Source: Octopus vulgaris (taxonomy: Eukaryota). Taken from it: a DNA stretch of 64,000 nt. The position numbers and the translations under genes are program-made. Under the pieces are notes generated by a model. The model saw only the letters and a program-made list of their open reading frames with translations, had not been told where the DNA came from and did no database searches. Where the stretch lies: NCBI GenBank assembly GCA_951406725.2, contig OX597814.1:56048001-56112000 (forward strand). The letters run 5' to 3'. Of the stretch, positions 63,811 to 64,000 are shown piece by piece. Position 1 is the stretch's first letter. Every line of letters begins with the position of its first letter.

Positions 63811-64000
63811 ATATTACTTACATAATTTTTCATAATTTCATTCATGGGATTATGTCTCTTAGCAAACATTAAATTGAAGAGGGGCATTTGCTGTACTGGT
63901 CTCCAATACATAAAGAATATTTATATATGTTTTATAACCTATCCTGCTATACTAAGTAACTGAACAATTTTGGAGTTGATATATAGTAGTGGCCATTTAG

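Overview
AT-rich, repeat-dense eukaryotic genomic DNA, almost entirely intronic. The SINE families, (TA)/(CA)/(AAT) microsatellites and RTE tails suggest a coleoid cephalopod such as Octopus; this is an inference from repeat content. The one identifiable host gene segment is the first coding exon of a FAM20B (glycosaminoglycan xylosylkinase) orthologue on + (exon 24319-24828). I could not find its next exon in the remaining 39 kb. An unidentified minus-strand gene appears to interleave with it, with candidate alternative N-terminal exons at 37422-37603 and 12337-12437, both ending in phase-2 AG|GT. The rest consists of tRNA-derived SINEs (at least four families), RTE, R4-like and CR1/L2-group LINE remnants, two decayed mariners, a Chapaev transposase fragment, piggyBac-type MITEs and foldbacks. 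The most unusual items are (1) a TSD-flanked retroposon made of an almost full-length 5.8S rRNA fused to a 27-nt SINE tail (19673-19856), (2) a tRNA-headed short element carrying a Penelope-type minimal hammerhead ribozyme motif (35018-35291), plus two other decayed hammerhead motifs, and (3) 66-nt tandem units in an RTE 3' UTR that each fold as a hairpin plus a compact H-type pseudoknot. All alignments and folds were done by eye. Most ORFs in the supplied track are microsatellite or repeat artefacts.
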